DNA from: a virus
IMG/VR virus record: IMGVR_UViG_3300027736_000034
Location: 1-64,000 of that record
DNA: 64,000 nt
Reading direction: 5' to 3' (one strand)
Both the position numbers and the translations under genes were made by a program. Shown piece by piece: positions 1-11,615 of the stretch. The number at the start of each line of letters is the position of its first letter. The stretch's first letter is position 1. Under the pieces are notes generated by a model. The model was not told the origin of the DNA, made no database searches, and worked only from the letters and a program-made list of their open reading frames with translations.

Positions 1-2
1 CT

Positions 3-762
3 GGTAATGATGGCGCAACAGGTGCAACCGGTGTTACAGGTAATGATGGTGCAACTGGTGCTACTGGCACAGCAGGTAATGACGGAGCAACTGGAGCAAC
101 TGGCACAGCAGGTAATGACGGAGCAACTGGTGCAACTGGTACAGCAGGCACAAATGGCGCAACTGGTGCTACTGGCACAGCAGGTAATGACGGAGCAACT
201 GGAGCAACTGGTACAGCAGGCACAAATGGCGCAACTGGTGCTACTGGCACAGCAGGTAATGACGGAGCAACTGGAGCAACTGGATTTGATGGTGGCACAG
301 GTGCTACTGGATTTGATGGCGCAACAGGTGCTACAGGTATAACTGGTAATGACGGAGCAACAGGTGCTACAGGTATAACTGGTAATGACGGAGCAACAGG
401 TGCTACAGGTATAACTGGTAATGACGGAGCAACAGGTGCTACTGGCACTGCTGGACTAGACGGTGCAACTGGAGCTACTGGATTAACTGGCAATGATGGC
501 GCAACAGGTGCTACCGGTGTTACAGGTAATGATGGTGCTACAGGTGCTACAGGTGTTACTGGTAATGATGGCGCAACAGGTGCAACCGGTGTTACAGGTA
601 ATGATGGTGCAACTGGTGCTACTGGCACAGCAGGTAATGACGGAGCAACTGGAGCAACTGGCACAGCAGGTAATGACGGAGCAACAGGTGCTACAGGTAT
701 AACTGGTAATGACGGAGCAACTGGTGCAACTGGATATTATGGTGCAACAGGTGCAACAGGAC
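3..762 (+). repeat. Collagen-like (Gly-X-Y)n tandem coding repeat
   Basis: Repeated ggtaatgacggagcaacaggtgctac-type units. Confidence 0.9.
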
Positions 763-3700
763 CAGTAGCAGGTTCTAATACTCAAGTCATATTCAATGAT
801 GCAGGAGCAGCAGGCGCCACTGCTAATCTAACGTTTGACAAAACTACAAACTTATTAACAGTTACTGGTAATTTAGTAGCAGGTAATGCTAATATATCCG
901 GAACTGTAACATTAGGTGCTGGTTCAGGTGGCGATTTAACTGGCGCCAACTTACTTAGTGCTAATTCAATTAATATATCTGCTAACGCTAACTTCTCAGT
1001 TGCTTCAAATGTATCACTAGGTAATATTAGTAATTTGCATATTGACGGTGGTTCACCAAATTATGTATTAACTACTGACGGTAGCGGATCATTATCATGG
1101 AATGCAACAGGTAGTCCATCAAGCATTAGTAATGGTACAAGTAATGTAAACATTGCAACTGCAAATGGTAATGTAACCACAACTGCTAATGGTAATACTA
1201 CATTAACTGTAACTGAAATTGGTGCTAATATAACTGGTTATGCTAACATTACAGGTAATGTGAATGCTGGTAATATTAATGCAGGTAATGCTAATATTAC
1301 AGGTACCGTAACATTGGGCGCAGGGTCAGGTGGCGATTTAACTGGTGCTAATCTAATTAGTTCCAACTCAATAAACATCTCTGCTAATGCTAATTTTTCA
1401 TCTGCTTCTAATGTTACATTGGGTAATGTAAGTAATCTACACATAGCAGGTGGCAGCAGTGGTTATGTATTAAGCACAAATGGTTCTAATACATTAAGTT
1501 GGATATCTCCATCAAGCGGTGCTACAGGTGCTACTGGCATAGGCGCAACAGGTGCAACTGGTACTAGTGGTGTAGACGGAGCAACCGGTGCTACTGGTAC
1601 TAGTGGTGTAGACGGAGCAACCGGTGCTACTGGCATAGGCGCAACCGGTGCTACTGGTCCAGTAGCGGGAAGTAATACACAAGTTATATTCAATGATGCA
1701 GGTGCAGCAGGAGCTACTGCTAATCTAACATTTGATAAAACAACTAATCTATTAAAAGTTACTACAGGTAATGTAGATGCGGCTTATTTTATAGGCAATG
1801 GTTCATTACTAACTGGTATATCCGGTGGCGGTGGCGGCTCAAATATTGCTAACGGTAACAGTAATGTAAACATTGCTACTGCAAACGGTAATATTACCAT
1901 GAGTGCTGTAGGTAATGCAAATGTAGTAGTCGTAACTGGTACAGGTGTTAATATAGCCGGCACATTAGATACTGGCAGTAGTAACATAAACACTACTGGC
2001 AATGTCAGCGGTGCTTATTTTATTGGTAACGGTAGTCAGTTAACTGGCATCGTTGCTGGTGCAGTAGCTGCTGTAGCGAATGGTAATAGTAATGTAAATA
2101 TTCCAGCAGCAAACGGTAATATCACTTTCTCATCAGCCGGTAATGCTAACATAATGGTCATCACTGGCACTGGAGCAAATCTATCTGGTAGTATGACAAT
2201 CGGCGCCGGCACAGGTGGCAATATCACTGGGGCTAATACAGTCAGTGCTAATTACTTAACTGCTGCTAATGCACTAACAGTTACTGGTAATGCTGCTGTA
2301 TCTAATATTACAGTTGGCTTAGGCGCAGGCGGCGCCATCACTGGTGCTAACTCAATTAGTGCTAACTTCTTTGTTGGTAATGGCTCACTATTAAGTGGCG
2401 TAGTTTTGGCAAACGGTAATAGTAATATAAATATACCCACTGTCAACAGTAACATCACAATGAGTGTAACCGGTGTTGCTAACGTAGTAACTATAACTAA
2501 TACTGGTGTAAACGTAACAGGTACTCTGAGTACCGGCACTGCTAATATCACGGCAAACTATTATATTGGTAATGGTGCATTGTTAACTGGTATTGCTGCG
2601 ACAACAACTATAGCAAATGGTAACAGTAACGTAAGTATACCAGTAGCAAACGGAAACGTTTTAATCTCAGCAATAGGTAATGCAAATGTATTGGTAGTAA
2701 CTGGCACTGGTGCAAACATCTTAGGCACAGCAAACATCACCGGTAACTTAGCAGTTACTGGACCTAACGTAACATTTGGTACAGGTTCTGGCGGCAATAT
2801 ATCCGGCGTAAACGTAGTAACAGCAAACACATTTGCTCAAGGTAATAGTAATATCACGGTAGTATCAAATGCTAACGTTAACTTCAGTGTTACTGGTACT
2901 GCTAACGTAGCATCTATCACAGCAGCAGGTATCATAACTACGGCGGCTAATGCAGCAGTTACATCAAATGCGTTTACTGCATCTGGTGTGGCGACAGGTA
3001 ACAGTAACGTAACAACTATTACCGGTAACTTAGGAATACGTTCACTATTTACAACATATACTGAAGGTAACGCAGCCGCATCTGCAACAATTGCCAATGC
3101 TGCAATACACGCATTTGCTGCACCTAACTTAGCAGCAGCGAACTTAACAGTAACATTTACTAATGCTGCAACAATGTATATTGCGGGTGGTCCAGTTGCT
3201 AACACTAACGCAACAATTACTAACTCATATGCATTAATGGTTGGCGGTAATGCTCGTTTCTTTGGTAACGTTATTGGTACATTAGCAAACGGTAATAGTA
3301 ACGTATCTATTGTTAATAACGCAAACATTAATATGTCAGCAGTTGGTGTTGCCAACGTGTTAATAGTAACTGGCACTGGTGTTAACGTAGCAGGTACATT
3401 GAATACTGGTACTGGTAATATTAATGCTGGTAACTTTGTTGGTGTATTAGCAAGTGGTAACAGTAATATTAATATGGTGGCAAACGCCAACGTTGCTATC
3501 GCAGTAACTGGTGCTAACAGATTAGTTGTAACAGCAACCGGTGCAAATATTGCAGGTACTGCTAACATAACAGGTAACTTAGTAGTAGGTAATTTACCAA
3601 TCATGCCAAGTGGTAATAGTAACATAACTATTACTTCTAATGCTAACATTTCTATGTTTACTGCTGGTAATGCAACTGCTCAGTTTGTTGTTACTGCGAC

Positions 3701-4547
3701 TGGTGCCAACATTGCAGGTACTGCAAATATTGTAGGTAACTTATCAGCAGGTAATATACCAATAGTAGCAAGTGGTAATAGTAACATAAATATCGTTTCT
3801 AATGCAAACATCAACTTTGGTGTTACTGGTACTGCCAACGTTGCGTCTATTACAGCAGCGGGTATCATAACTACTGCTGCTAATGCAGCAATCACCTCAA
3901 ACAGTTTCACTGCGTCCGGTGCTGCATCTGGTTTGGTTAACGTAGCCGCAGCATTAGGTAATTTAGGATTTAGGTCGGTTGCCGCAACATATACAGATGC
4001 AGCAGCAACCGGTACAGTGGCCAATGCTGCGGTACATTATCTTGCTATACCAACAGTAACTGGTGGTACTAACGCAAAGACATACACAAATATGGCTACG
4101 TTATATATTGCTGGTCCAGTAACAGCAGGTACCAATGCCACAATAACAAGCAACTACGCAATGTTTGTTGCTACAGGTAACAGTTTCTTTGGTGGTAACG
4201 TTCGTGTAAACAGCGCAGGTGGTTTAGGATATAACAGTACCATTGGTGCTGCTACTCAATTAACTAATCGCAACACCGGTGTTACTGTAAGTAACGTTTC
4301 TGGAGCTATTACATTAGTCAGTGCCACAACTACTGCTAATACATATAACTTGTTTACGGTTACTAATACTACAGTAGCAGCAACTGATGTGATTATATTA
4401 AATCAACGTAGTGGTAGTGCTAATAGTTATATATTAAGTGTAGCAAACGTAGCAGCAGGTGCGTTTAATATTCAGATTTTCAATACAACAGCAGTTGCTG
4501 TTGCTGAATCACCAATCATTAACTTTGTAGTAATTAAGACAGCATAA
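3..4547 (+). CDS. Tail fibre-like protein with collagen-like G-X-Y repeats and Asn/Gly/Ala/Thr-rich repeats (5' partial)
   Basis: Frame of ORF 1035..4547 is open back to the window start ([10 protein letters not shown] repeats); recurrent [10 protein letters not shown] modules. Confidence 0.8.
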   Translation, partial: GNDGATGATGVTGNDGATGATGTAGNDGATGATGTAGNDGATGATGTAGTNGATGATGTAGNDGATGATGTAGTNGATGATGTAGNDGATGATGFDGGTGATGFDGATGATGITGNDGATGATGITGNDGATGATGITGNDGATGATGTAGLDGATGATGLTGNDGATGATGVTGNDGATGATGVTGNDGATGATGVTGNDGATGATGTAGNDGATGATGTAGNDGATGATGITGNDGATGATGYYGATGATGPVAGSNTQVIFNDAGAAGATANLTFDKTTNLLTVTGNLVAGNANISGTVTLGAGSGGDLTGANLLSANSINISANANFSVASNVSLGNISNLHIDGGSPNYVLTTDGSGSLSWNATGSPSSISNGTSNVNIATANGNVTTTANGNTTLTVTEIGANITGYANITGNVNAGNINAGNANITGTVTLGAGSGGDLTGANLISSNSINISANANFSSASNVTLGNVSNLHIAGGSSGYVLSTNGSNTLSWISPSSGATGATGIGATGATGTSGVDGATGATGTSGVDGATGATGIGATGATGPVAGSNTQVIFNDAGAAGATANLTFDKTTNLLKVTTGNVDAAYFIGNGSLLTGISGGGGGSNIANGNSNVNIATANGNITMSAVGNANVVVVTGTGVNIAGTLDTGSSNINTTGNVSGAYFIGNGSQLTGIVAGAVAAVANGNSNVNIPAANGNITFSSAGNANIMVITGTGANLSGSMTIGAGTGGNITGANTVSANYLTAANALTVTGNAAVSNITVGLGAGGAITGANSISANFFVGNGSLLSGVVLANGNSNINIPTVNSNITMSVTGVANVVTITNTGVNVTGTLSTGTANITANYYIGNGALLTGIAATTTIANGNSNVSIPVANGNVLISAIGNANVLVVTGTGANILGTANITGNLAVTGPNVTFGTGSGGNISGVNVVTANTFAQGNSNITVVSNANVNFSVTGTANVASITAAGIITTAANAAVTSNAFTASGVATGNSNVTTITGNLGIRSLFTTYTEGNAAASATIANAAIHAFAAPNLAAANLTVTFTNAATMYIAGGPVANTNATITNSYALMVGGNARFFGNVIGTLANGNSNVSIVNNANINMSAVGVANVLIVTGTGVNVAGTLNTGTGNINAGNFVGVLASGNSNINMVANANVAIAVTGANRLVVTATGANIAGTANITGNLVVGNLPIMPSGNSNITITSNANISMFTAGNATAQFVVTATGANIAGTANIVGNLSAGNIPIVASGNSNINIVSNANINFGVTGTANVASITAAGIITTAANAAITSNSFTASGAASGLVNVAAALGNLGFRSVAATYTDAAATGTVANAAVHYLAIPTVTGGTNAKTYTNMATLYIAGPVTAGTNATITSNYAMFVATGNSFFGGNVRVNSAGGLGYNSTIGAATQLTNRNTGVTVSNVSGAITLVSATTTANTYNLFTVTNTTVAATDVIILNQRSGSANSYILSVANVAAGAFNIQIFNTTAVAVAESPIINFVVIKTA

Positions 4548-4559
4548 TAGGATAATAAG

Positions 4560-4877
4560 ATGACAAATACAATTACATGGTCTATAACAAATATGACTTG
4601 TCTACCAGAAGTAGACGGTTATACTGATGTTGTTGTGCAAGTTACTTGGAAATGTATTGGCACAGATGGTACATATACCGCTGAACAATATGATATAAAC
4701 GTTTTTACTTTTAACTCGGCCAACTTTACCCCGTACTCTGAGTTAACACAAGAACAAGTATTGAGTTGGGTATGGACAACCGTAGACAAAACTCAAATTG
4801 AATTAGTAGTTGCTGCACAGTTAAATAATTTAGCCAATCCACCTGTAATAGAATTACCTTTACCCTGGGCCAATTAA
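4560..4877 (+). CDS. Small tail-fibre-associated phage protein
   Basis: 105 aa ORF directly after the fibre gene; ends in LPLPW. Confidence 0.6.
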   Translation: MTNTITWSITNMTCLPEVDGYTDVVVQVTWKCIGTDGTYTAEQYDINVFTFNSANFTPYSELTQEQVLSWVWTTVDKTQIELVVAAQLNNLANPPVIELPLPWAN

Positions 4878-4878
4878 A

Positions 4879-5730
4879 ATGATTTTATCTGGCATGACAC
4901 TTACTACTGGGTTTACTTTAGGGTTATCGGCTACTCCATCAATCGAATATCTATTAGTTGCTGGTGGAGGCGGTGGTGGAAGAGAAACTTATAGCACAGG
5001 GGTTGGGGGTGGCGGCGGCGCCGGTGGCGTATTAACTGCTTCTGGGTTTATTGTTGAATCCGGCACCCCAATCACAGTAACCGTCGGTGCCGGCGGCGCC
5101 GGATATTCTGGCGGCGGTGGCCCAGGGAGCCCCGGAGGAAATTCTGTTTTCTCAACAATAACAACGATTGGAGGCGGCGGCGGAGGTGGAGGAACTAGTT
5201 CTGGTAATGGCGGAAGCGGAGGCTCAGGCGGCGGATCCGGAGGAACAGGTGCCGGGACCGGTACTGCTGGACCACCTAGGCAAGGATATGATGGGGGTGC
5301 CGGCGCAGGTGGCGCAGGCGGCGGCGGTGCCGGGGCAATTGGTAGCAATGGATTTGGCGGCAATGGCGGTGCAGGGGTAGTATCTTCTATCAGTGGAACG
5401 GCTACAACGTATGGCGGAGGTGGCGCCGGCGCTACTTATTCTAATACAGTAGTACCAACGGGCGGCGCCGGCGGCGGCGGAGATGGAGCAATGTATTATA
5501 TAGAACAAGCACCTACTGCAGGAACAAACGGGCTTGGTGGTGGTGGCGGTGGTTCTTCAAACGGCGGTGGAGCAGGTTCTACTCCCAGAGCAGGTGGTTC
5601 TGGTATAGTCATTATTCGTTATGCAGATTCATACGCAGCAGCATCCGCAACTACTGGTAGTCCAACAATTACTGTAACCGGTGGATATAGAATATATACT
5701 TGGACTAGTTCAGGTTCAATAACTTTCTAA
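4879..5730 (+). CDS. Glycine-rich virion protein
   Basis: EYLLVAGGGGGG ... GGSGIVIIRY glycine-rich domain. Confidence 0.75.
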   Translation: MILSGMTLTTGFTLGLSATPSIEYLLVAGGGGGGRETYSTGVGGGGGAGGVLTASGFIVESGTPITVTVGAGGAGYSGGGGPGSPGGNSVFSTITTIGGGGGGGGTSSGNGGSGGSGGGSGGTGAGTGTAGPPRQGYDGGAGAGGAGGGGAGAIGSNGFGGNGGAGVVSSISGTATTYGGGGAGATYSNTVVPTGGAGGGGDGAMYYIEQAPTAGTNGLGGGGGGSSNGGGAGSTPRAGGSGIVIIRYADSYAAASATTGSPTITVTGGYRIYTWTSSGSITF

Positions 5731-5737
5731 TAAAAAC

Positions 5738-6100
5738 ATGAGTCACTACGCAAAAATTGACAAAAACAATAAAGTAGTCAAAATTCTTGTGATAGAACAA
5801 GATGTAATTGATAGTGGCTTATTTGGTGATCCTAAATCTTGGATACAAACAAGTTACAATACTCATGGGGGAGAACATAGTTTAGGTGGAAAACCACTAA
5901 GAAAAAACTATGCAGGACTAAGTTATACTTACGATAAAAAAAGAAAAGCATTCATCCCACCAAAGCCATATGATAGTTGGGTATTAAATGAAGATACTTG
6001 CCAGTGGGAACCGCCCATACCAATGCCAACGAAAAAAGGATCATTCTTTCAATGGAATGAAGATGCTGGCTTCTGGATTGAATCTAGACCCAAAGGATAA
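5738..6100 (+). CDS. Conserved phage protein, paralog of 7682..8056
   Basis: MSHYAKI...QTSYNT...RKNYAG...AFIPPK...W motifs. Confidence 0.7.
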   Translation: MSHYAKIDKNNKVVKILVIEQDVIDSGLFGDPKSWIQTSYNTHGGEHSLGGKPLRKNYAGLSYTYDKKRKAFIPPKPYDSWVLNEDTCQWEPPIPMPTKKGSFFQWNEDAGFWIESRPKG

Positions 6101-6103
6101 GTT

Positions 6104-7630
6104 ATGCCTAGAATTAATATGGATGGGGTAACAATTGACGGTGGTATAGATTTTAATTCAAGTATAGAATTAAACACCGTTGAATATCTTATAGTCGCAG
6201 GTGGAGGCGGAGGTGGGTCACGCTATGGAGGTGGCGGCGGTGCAGGCGGCGTGATACTAAGCAGTTATACATATACTCCCGGAACATTTCTTATCAGTGT
6301 GGGTGCAGGTGGTGCAGGCAATACATCTAAGATAGCATTAGGCGCCGGCGATAACGGGGAGAATTCAGAAATAATAAACCCAGATACATCAACTCTTGGC
6401 TTAGCGTATGGCGGAGGCGGTGGCGCTGGTGGACCGCCCAATGATAACAACGACGGCAATAACGGTGGTTCTGGTGGCGGTGGTATTCCACTTAACTACC
6501 CGGGCACAGGTACAGCTGGTCAAGGTAATGATGGTGGCAATGTATACTCGGGCTATACAATGTTTAGAAGTGCCGGTGGGGGAGGTGCAGGTGCACCCGG
6601 AAGTAGCGATACTTCTACTGGTGGCAGCGCAGGTGGTATAGGTATATCTTCAACTATTGCTGAGGGTGATGTAAAATACTATGGTGGAGGTGGCGGCGGT
6701 GGTGTTCTATTAGGATCAGGTGCAGGCGGCGATGGAGGTGCAGGTGGAACAGGTGGCGGAGGCAAAGGCGCTGGAACTAGCCCCGGACATGATGGTATAG
6801 CAGCCACTGGTGGCGGTGGCGGTGGTGGCGGCGGAACTGCTGGTGTAGATGGTGGTTATAACGGCGGAAGTGGCGTCGTAATTATGAAATATAGCGCATC
6901 TCATAGTGAAGCAATTACTACAGGTAGCCCAACTGTAATTTACAATGGTCTATCTTGGATATACAAATGGACTAGTTCTGGATCAATAACATTCCCTACA
7001 TTACCAACAAGTATTAGTGGATTAGTTGGCTGGTATGATATGAATTCAATATCGCTAGAAGATTCAGAATGGATAGATATCTCATCTAATCACAATGACG
7101 CAACAGTTAGTGGTGTGACCATCTCAGCAGCACCAGCCGGACATGCTTCTACTAATATAACTTCAGCAATAACAGGTACACCAAGCGATACTATATTATG
7201 GCCAGCATCTGTATTGCCAAGCACATATACATTGTTACATGTAACAAGATATGCCGGCGCAGCATCAAATAGAATATATCAAGCATACAATACAAATTGG
7301 TTGTCAGGACATCAAGGTGGTGATTCTGGACAATATTATCATAATGGATGGATGACTGACCATTCAACTGATTATTATGGAAACGATTGGTTTATTACCA
7401 CAGATCAGAATACTACTGTAAGAACAAATGGAATTGTTAGATCAACAACTGGTTCAGGATCACCGTCATACGGACGATTAAGTATCAACAACAATCCTGG
7501 GTTGTTTCCAGAATACAGTAATTTCCAAACAGTAGAATGCATTGTATATAATAGAACATTAACTACACCCGAATGTGAATTAATTGAACAATATTTGTCT
7601 GGAAAGTATGGAATAGTATTGGGAACATGA
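6104..7630 (+). CDS. Glycine-rich protein with C-terminal LamG/lectin-like domain
   Basis: Gly-rich N-part like 4879..5730; C-terminal GLVGWYD...IVYNRTL...IEQYLSGKYG. Confidence 0.7.
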   Translation: MPRINMDGVTIDGGIDFNSSIELNTVEYLIVAGGGGGGSRYGGGGGAGGVILSSYTYTPGTFLISVGAGGAGNTSKIALGAGDNGENSEIINPDTSTLGLAYGGGGGAGGPPNDNNDGNNGGSGGGGIPLNYPGTGTAGQGNDGGNVYSGYTMFRSAGGGGAGAPGSSDTSTGGSAGGIGISSTIAEGDVKYYGGGGGGGVLLGSGAGGDGGAGGTGGGGKGAGTSPGHDGIAATGGGGGGGGGTAGVDGGYNGGSGVVIMKYSASHSEAITTGSPTVIYNGLSWIYKWTSSGSITFPTLPTSISGLVGWYDMNSISLEDSEWIDISSNHNDATVSGVTISAAPAGHASTNITSAITGTPSDTILWPASVLPSTYTLLHVTRYAGAASNRIYQAYNTNWLSGHQGGDSGQYYHNGWMTDHSTDYYGNDWFITTDQNTTVRTNGIVRSTTGSGSPSYGRLSINNNPGLFPEYSNFQTVECIVYNRTLTTPECELIEQYLSGKYGIVLGT

Positions 7631-7681
7631 TTTTAAAATATAAATCATAATTTTTAATAAATACACTAAGAGGAATTTAAT

Positions 7682-8056
7682 ATGAGTCATTTCGCAAAAA
7701 TAGAAAACGGTACAGTAACTCAAGTTATTGTAGTAGAACAGGAAGTACTAGATACAGGATTGTTTGGAGATCCTAGTCTATGGGTACAAACAAGTTATAA
7801 CACCCTAGGTGGTCGCCATGTATTAGGTGGCACACCATTGCGTAAAAATTATGCTGGGGTTGGATATACGTATGATAGTGAGCGTGACGCTTTTATTCCA
7901 CCAAAGATATACAATAGTTGGGAATTAAATGAAGAAACATGTTTGTGGCAAGCACCTACAACAATGCCAGACGACGGTAAAATGTATAGTTGGGATGAAG
8001 CAACATTGTCTTGGATAGAAGTAGAAGTAGTAGAAGATCCTACACCAACAGTCTAA
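7682..8056 (+). CDS. Conserved phage protein, paralog of 5738..6100
   Basis: Same motifs; RBS GAGGA. Confidence 0.7.
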   Translation: MSHFAKIENGTVTQVIVVEQEVLDTGLFGDPSLWVQTSYNTLGGRHVLGGTPLRKNYAGVGYTYDSERDAFIPPKIYNSWELNEETCLWQAPTTMPDDGKMYSWDEATLSWIEVEVVEDPTPTV

Positions 8057-8090
8057 TTTTCTATCATTATCAATAAATGATAAGTAGAGA

Positions 8091-8528
8091 GTGACTAATG
8101 TATTTCAATTAAACTATGAAGCAAGACTTAAGAGTTGGTACGACTTAAGAAAATCCCTAGAAGATAAAGATATTGCTACCAAATGTCTAACAATAGACAA
8201 GTGGTGGCAATTTGCACCTCTACTAAATTACCATCTTCATCCAAATGATATAGATAACTGGCCCGGACCATGGGATTTACTAGTAGAAAATAACTACTGT
8301 CAAATTGCTAGGGGTCTTGGAATGGTCTATACTCTGCGATTAGTGGGCATCAAAGACATTGACTTTTGCCTAGCAATAGACGATAATAGTGAAGAATGTG
8401 CCTTAGTCATGGTCGATAGCGCAAAATATATATGTAATTACTACCCTAATACGGTCATAAGTAATAGTCTAAACGATTTCACAATGGCTAGTCACATAGA
8501 TATGACTAAAATAAATAAAAAAATATAA
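8091..8528 (+). CDS. Hypothetical phage protein
   Basis: 145 aa ORF. Confidence 0.6.
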   Translation: MTNVFQLNYEARLKSWYDLRKSLEDKDIATKCLTIDKWWQFAPLLNYHLHPNDIDNWPGPWDLLVENNYCQIARGLGMVYTLRLVGIKDIDFCLAIDDNSEECALVMVDSAKYICNYYPNTVISNSLNDFTMASHIDMTKINKKI

Positions 8529-8538
8529 TAGGTGTAGA

Positions 8539-10857
8539 ATGATTATAAATGTCTTAAAGCGTAATGGTAAAAAAGAGCCGTTAATGTTGGAGAAGTGGCA
8601 AGCACAAGTAGCAAAAGTATGTAACGGAATAGCAGATGTAAGTCCAAGTATGATTGAGATTAAATCTCAATTACACTTTTATGATGGCATCACTACAAGT
8701 CAAATAGATAGTATAACACTTAGAGCAATCGTTGATTTGATTGATGTAGAAAGCAACAGTGATGTTGGACATACCAACTATCAATATGTAGCTGGTAAGC
8801 AACGCATGAGTATGTTGCGTAAAGATGTATATGGTCAATATGAAGTTCCACATCTCTACGATATTGTTAAAAAGAATGTAGCAACTGGATTATATACAAG
8901 TGAATTACTAGAATGGTATAGTGAAGAAGATTGGAACAAGATGAATGATTTAATAGATCATTCTAAGGACGAGACATATAGTTATGCCGCCATTGAACAA
9001 TTGATTGAAAAGTATCTAGTAAAGAATCGTTCAACAAAAGAAATATATGAAACACCTCAAATTCGTTACATGGTTGCAGCAGCAACAGTTTTTCACAGTG
9101 AAGAACCAAACACCGCAAGACTCAGATACATCAGAGAATACTACAATGCTGCTAGTGATGGTCTTTTCACATTGGCTACCCCTGTGCTGGCTGGCTTGGG
9201 AACTCCAACCAAGCAATTTAGTAGTTGTGTGCTTATTCGTAGTGACGATGATTTGGACAGTATCTTTGCTTCAGGAGAGATGATGGCTAAGTATGCTAGC
9301 AAACGTGCTGGCATTGGACTAGAGATCGGACGTCTACGTCCATTAGGTAGTCCCATTCGCGGTGGAGAAATCATGCATACTGGCATGATACCATTCTTAA
9401 AGAAATGGTTCGGCGACTTGCGTAGTTGTAGTCAGGGTGGTATTCGTAATGCTTCCGCCACTGTCTTTTACCCTATATGGCATCATCAGTTTGATGATCT
9501 AATTGTTCTTAAAAACAATCAAGGCACAGAAGAAACTCGTGTACGTCATATGGATTATGGTGTAGTGCTTAGTGCTTTCTTCTGGCGTAGATTTAAGAAC
9601 AAAGAGAACATAACATTCTTTGATCCTAACGAGGTGCCCGATCTATATGAAGCATTCTATAGCAACACCGAACTATTTGAAGAACTTTATACTAAATACG
9701 AAAAGCGTAAAGATTTACGCAAAAAGACAATGAATGCCGAAGAGGTATTCAAAAGTGGAATACTAAAAGAACGTACAGACACAGGTAGAATCTATCTAGT
9801 ATTCATTGATAATGTAATGAAGCAGGGACCATTTGATCCTGAATATCATACAATTTACCAGAGTAATTTATGCTGTGAAATACTTTTACCAACAAAATCA
9901 TTTAAGAGACTTGACGATAAGGAAGGACGTATCGCACTCTGTACTCTCGGCAGTATCAACTGGGGAGCATTCCGTAATCCCGAAGATATGCGCCGCGCTT
10001 GTCGCATTCTACATAGGAGTCTTAACAATATATTGGATTACCAAGACTTTCTTTCCATCCAGTCTAAACTAAGCAACGATGAGATTCGTCCGCTAGGCAT
10101 TGGTGTCACTAACTTAGCATACTGGCATGCCAAGCGTGGTTTAAAGTACGGGGAGAAAGATTCATTGGCCGAAGTTAAAATCTGGGCAGAACACTTAGCA
10201 TACTATCTAACAGAAGCGTCAGTAGAACTTGCTAAAGAACGTGGCAAGTGTGAAGGTAGCGACAAGACAAGATATGGCCAAGGCGTATTCCCCTGGGAAC
10301 TAAGAGCCAATGGTGTTAATCAATTAACAGACTTTAATCCAGAACTAGACTGGGAAACATTACGTGCTAACATGAAAGAACATGGAGTCCGTAATGCTAC
10401 ACAAATGGCTATTGCTCCTGTAGAATCAAGTAGCGTAGTTATCAACAGCACAAACGGCATTGAGATGCCAATGAGTTTGATTAGTGTTAAAGAATCCAAA
10501 GCAGGAAGTTTCACCCAAGTTGTTCCAGAGTATCATAAACTAAAGAATAAGTATCAATTGATGTGGGAACAAAAAGATTGTGATGGTTACTTAAAAACCG
10601 CTGCGGTACTAGCAGCATACATTGACCAGAGTATCAGCACAAATACATTCTATAATCCTGCACACTATGCTGACCGTAAAGTTCCAACTACATTGATAGC
10701 AAAGAACTTGATGCAGGCACATATGTGGGGCCTAAAAACTTTCTACTATAGTTTAATTAATAAACAAGGTAGTAAAGCAGATGCTGAGATAGCACCAACA
10801 ATGTTAGAGCCAATAAATTTTGATGATGAAGAAGATTGCGAAAGTTGCAAATTATGA
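8539..10857 (+). CDS. nrdA: Ribonucleotide reductase class Ia alpha subunit
   Basis: N-terminal ATP cone (VLKRNG), FSSC, SNLCCEI, GLKTFYY, C-terminal CESC. Confidence 0.97.
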   Translation: MIINVLKRNGKKEPLMLEKWQAQVAKVCNGIADVSPSMIEIKSQLHFYDGITTSQIDSITLRAIVDLIDVESNSDVGHTNYQYVAGKQRMSMLRKDVYGQYEVPHLYDIVKKNVATGLYTSELLEWYSEEDWNKMNDLIDHSKDETYSYAAIEQLIEKYLVKNRSTKEIYETPQIRYMVAAATVFHSEEPNTARLRYIREYYNAASDGLFTLATPVLAGLGTPTKQFSSCVLIRSDDDLDSIFASGEMMAKYASKRAGIGLEIGRLRPLGSPIRGGEIMHTGMIPFLKKWFGDLRSCSQGGIRNASATVFYPIWHHQFDDLIVLKNNQGTEETRVRHMDYGVVLSAFFWRRFKNKENITFFDPNEVPDLYEAFYSNTELFEELYTKYEKRKDLRKKTMNAEEVFKSGILKERTDTGRIYLVFIDNVMKQGPFDPEYHTIYQSNLCCEILLPTKSFKRLDDKEGRIALCTLGSINWGAFRNPEDMRRACRILHRSLNNILDYQDFLSIQSKLSNDEIRPLGIGVTNLAYWHAKRGLKYGEKDSLAEVKIWAEHLAYYLTEASVELAKERGKCEGSDKTRYGQGVFPWELRANGVNQLTDFNPELDWETLRANMKEHGVRNATQMAIAPVESSSVVINSTNGIEMPMSLISVKESKAGSFTQVVPEYHKLKNKYQLMWEQKDCDGYLKTAAVLAAYIDQSISTNTFYNPAHYADRKVPTTLIAKNLMQAHMWGLKTFYYSLINKQGSKADAEIAPTMLEPINFDDEEDCESCKL

Positions 10858-11615
10858 AAATAGGAATTTACGGAGATAGTTTTGGTTATTACCAGCCTGA
10901 GGGAAAACAATACCATTGGTCCGCAATATTAGAAAATAAGTTAAATTGTAATATAGAAAATTATGCTCGGTATGGCACATCTTTGTTTTACTCCTATCAA
11001 GAATTTTTAAAAACTTATACAAAATATGATTTGATAATATTTGCAGTAACGGATCCGTACCGATACACCGACCAGTTAAAACTTTCTATAGATAAAAATA
11101 CAAAAATGAAAGTACGATCTGTTAGTGGGATAGGAGCGATAACAAGTATTTTTAAAAAATATCCAGATAAATTAACTGTAGATGATAAAAAAATATTACG
11201 TAATTTAGAAGGCTGGTTTATTATGTCGGACGATTTATATAATCGTGAAATGTCTGAGTTAATGTTGCAAAAAATAGAATCGCTACATGAAAATATTATA
11301 TTTTATCCATGTTTTGAGAAATCGTTTTCTAAAGCCTGGTTTACCAAACTAAAAATACCAAGTAATCGCACCTTTATGTATTTATGTGAATATCAACTAA
11401 AACTTTTACTAGGCACTAATTATAGTAAAGAAAAAATTGGTGAATGTTTGGGAAATGAAAAATCAATTTTAGCGGGGCATCTTACTAAAGAAATAAATGA
11501 ATATTTAGCTGAAGCAATGCTTAGTAAAATAAACACAGGAATATGGAATTATCCAGATTTATCTAGTTTAACAATAAAAAATGACCTATCATATTATTAC
11601 AATATACAATTATGA
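10854..11615 (+). CDS. SGNH/GDSL-hydrolase-like protein
   Basis: KIGIYGDSF motif and distal GHL; ATG overlaps nrdA stop. Confidence 0.55.
   Translation: MKIGIYGDSFGYYQPEGKQYHWSAILENKLNCNIENYARYGTSLFYSYQEFLKTYTKYDLIIFAVTDPYRYTDQLKLSIDKNTKMKVRSVSGIGAITSIFKKYPDKLTVDDKKILRNLEGWFIMSDDLYNREMSELMLQKIESLHENIIFYPCFEKSFSKAWFTKLKIPSNRTFMYLCEYQLKLLLGTNYSKEKIGECLGNEKSILAGHLTKEINEYLAEAMLSKINTGIWNYPDLSSLTIKNDLSYYYNIQL

Noticed and set aside
760-3900. Diversity-generating retroelement from internal fibre duplications
   Set aside because: The duplications are in-frame domain repeats without an evident adenine-specific pattern, and no reverse transcriptase is in the window.
7-4024. Alternative-frame and antisense ORFs (MMAQQVQ..., PVAPVAP...)
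   Set aside because: Shadows of repetitive tail-fibre codons; the same applies to 62549..63192 and 63526..63819.
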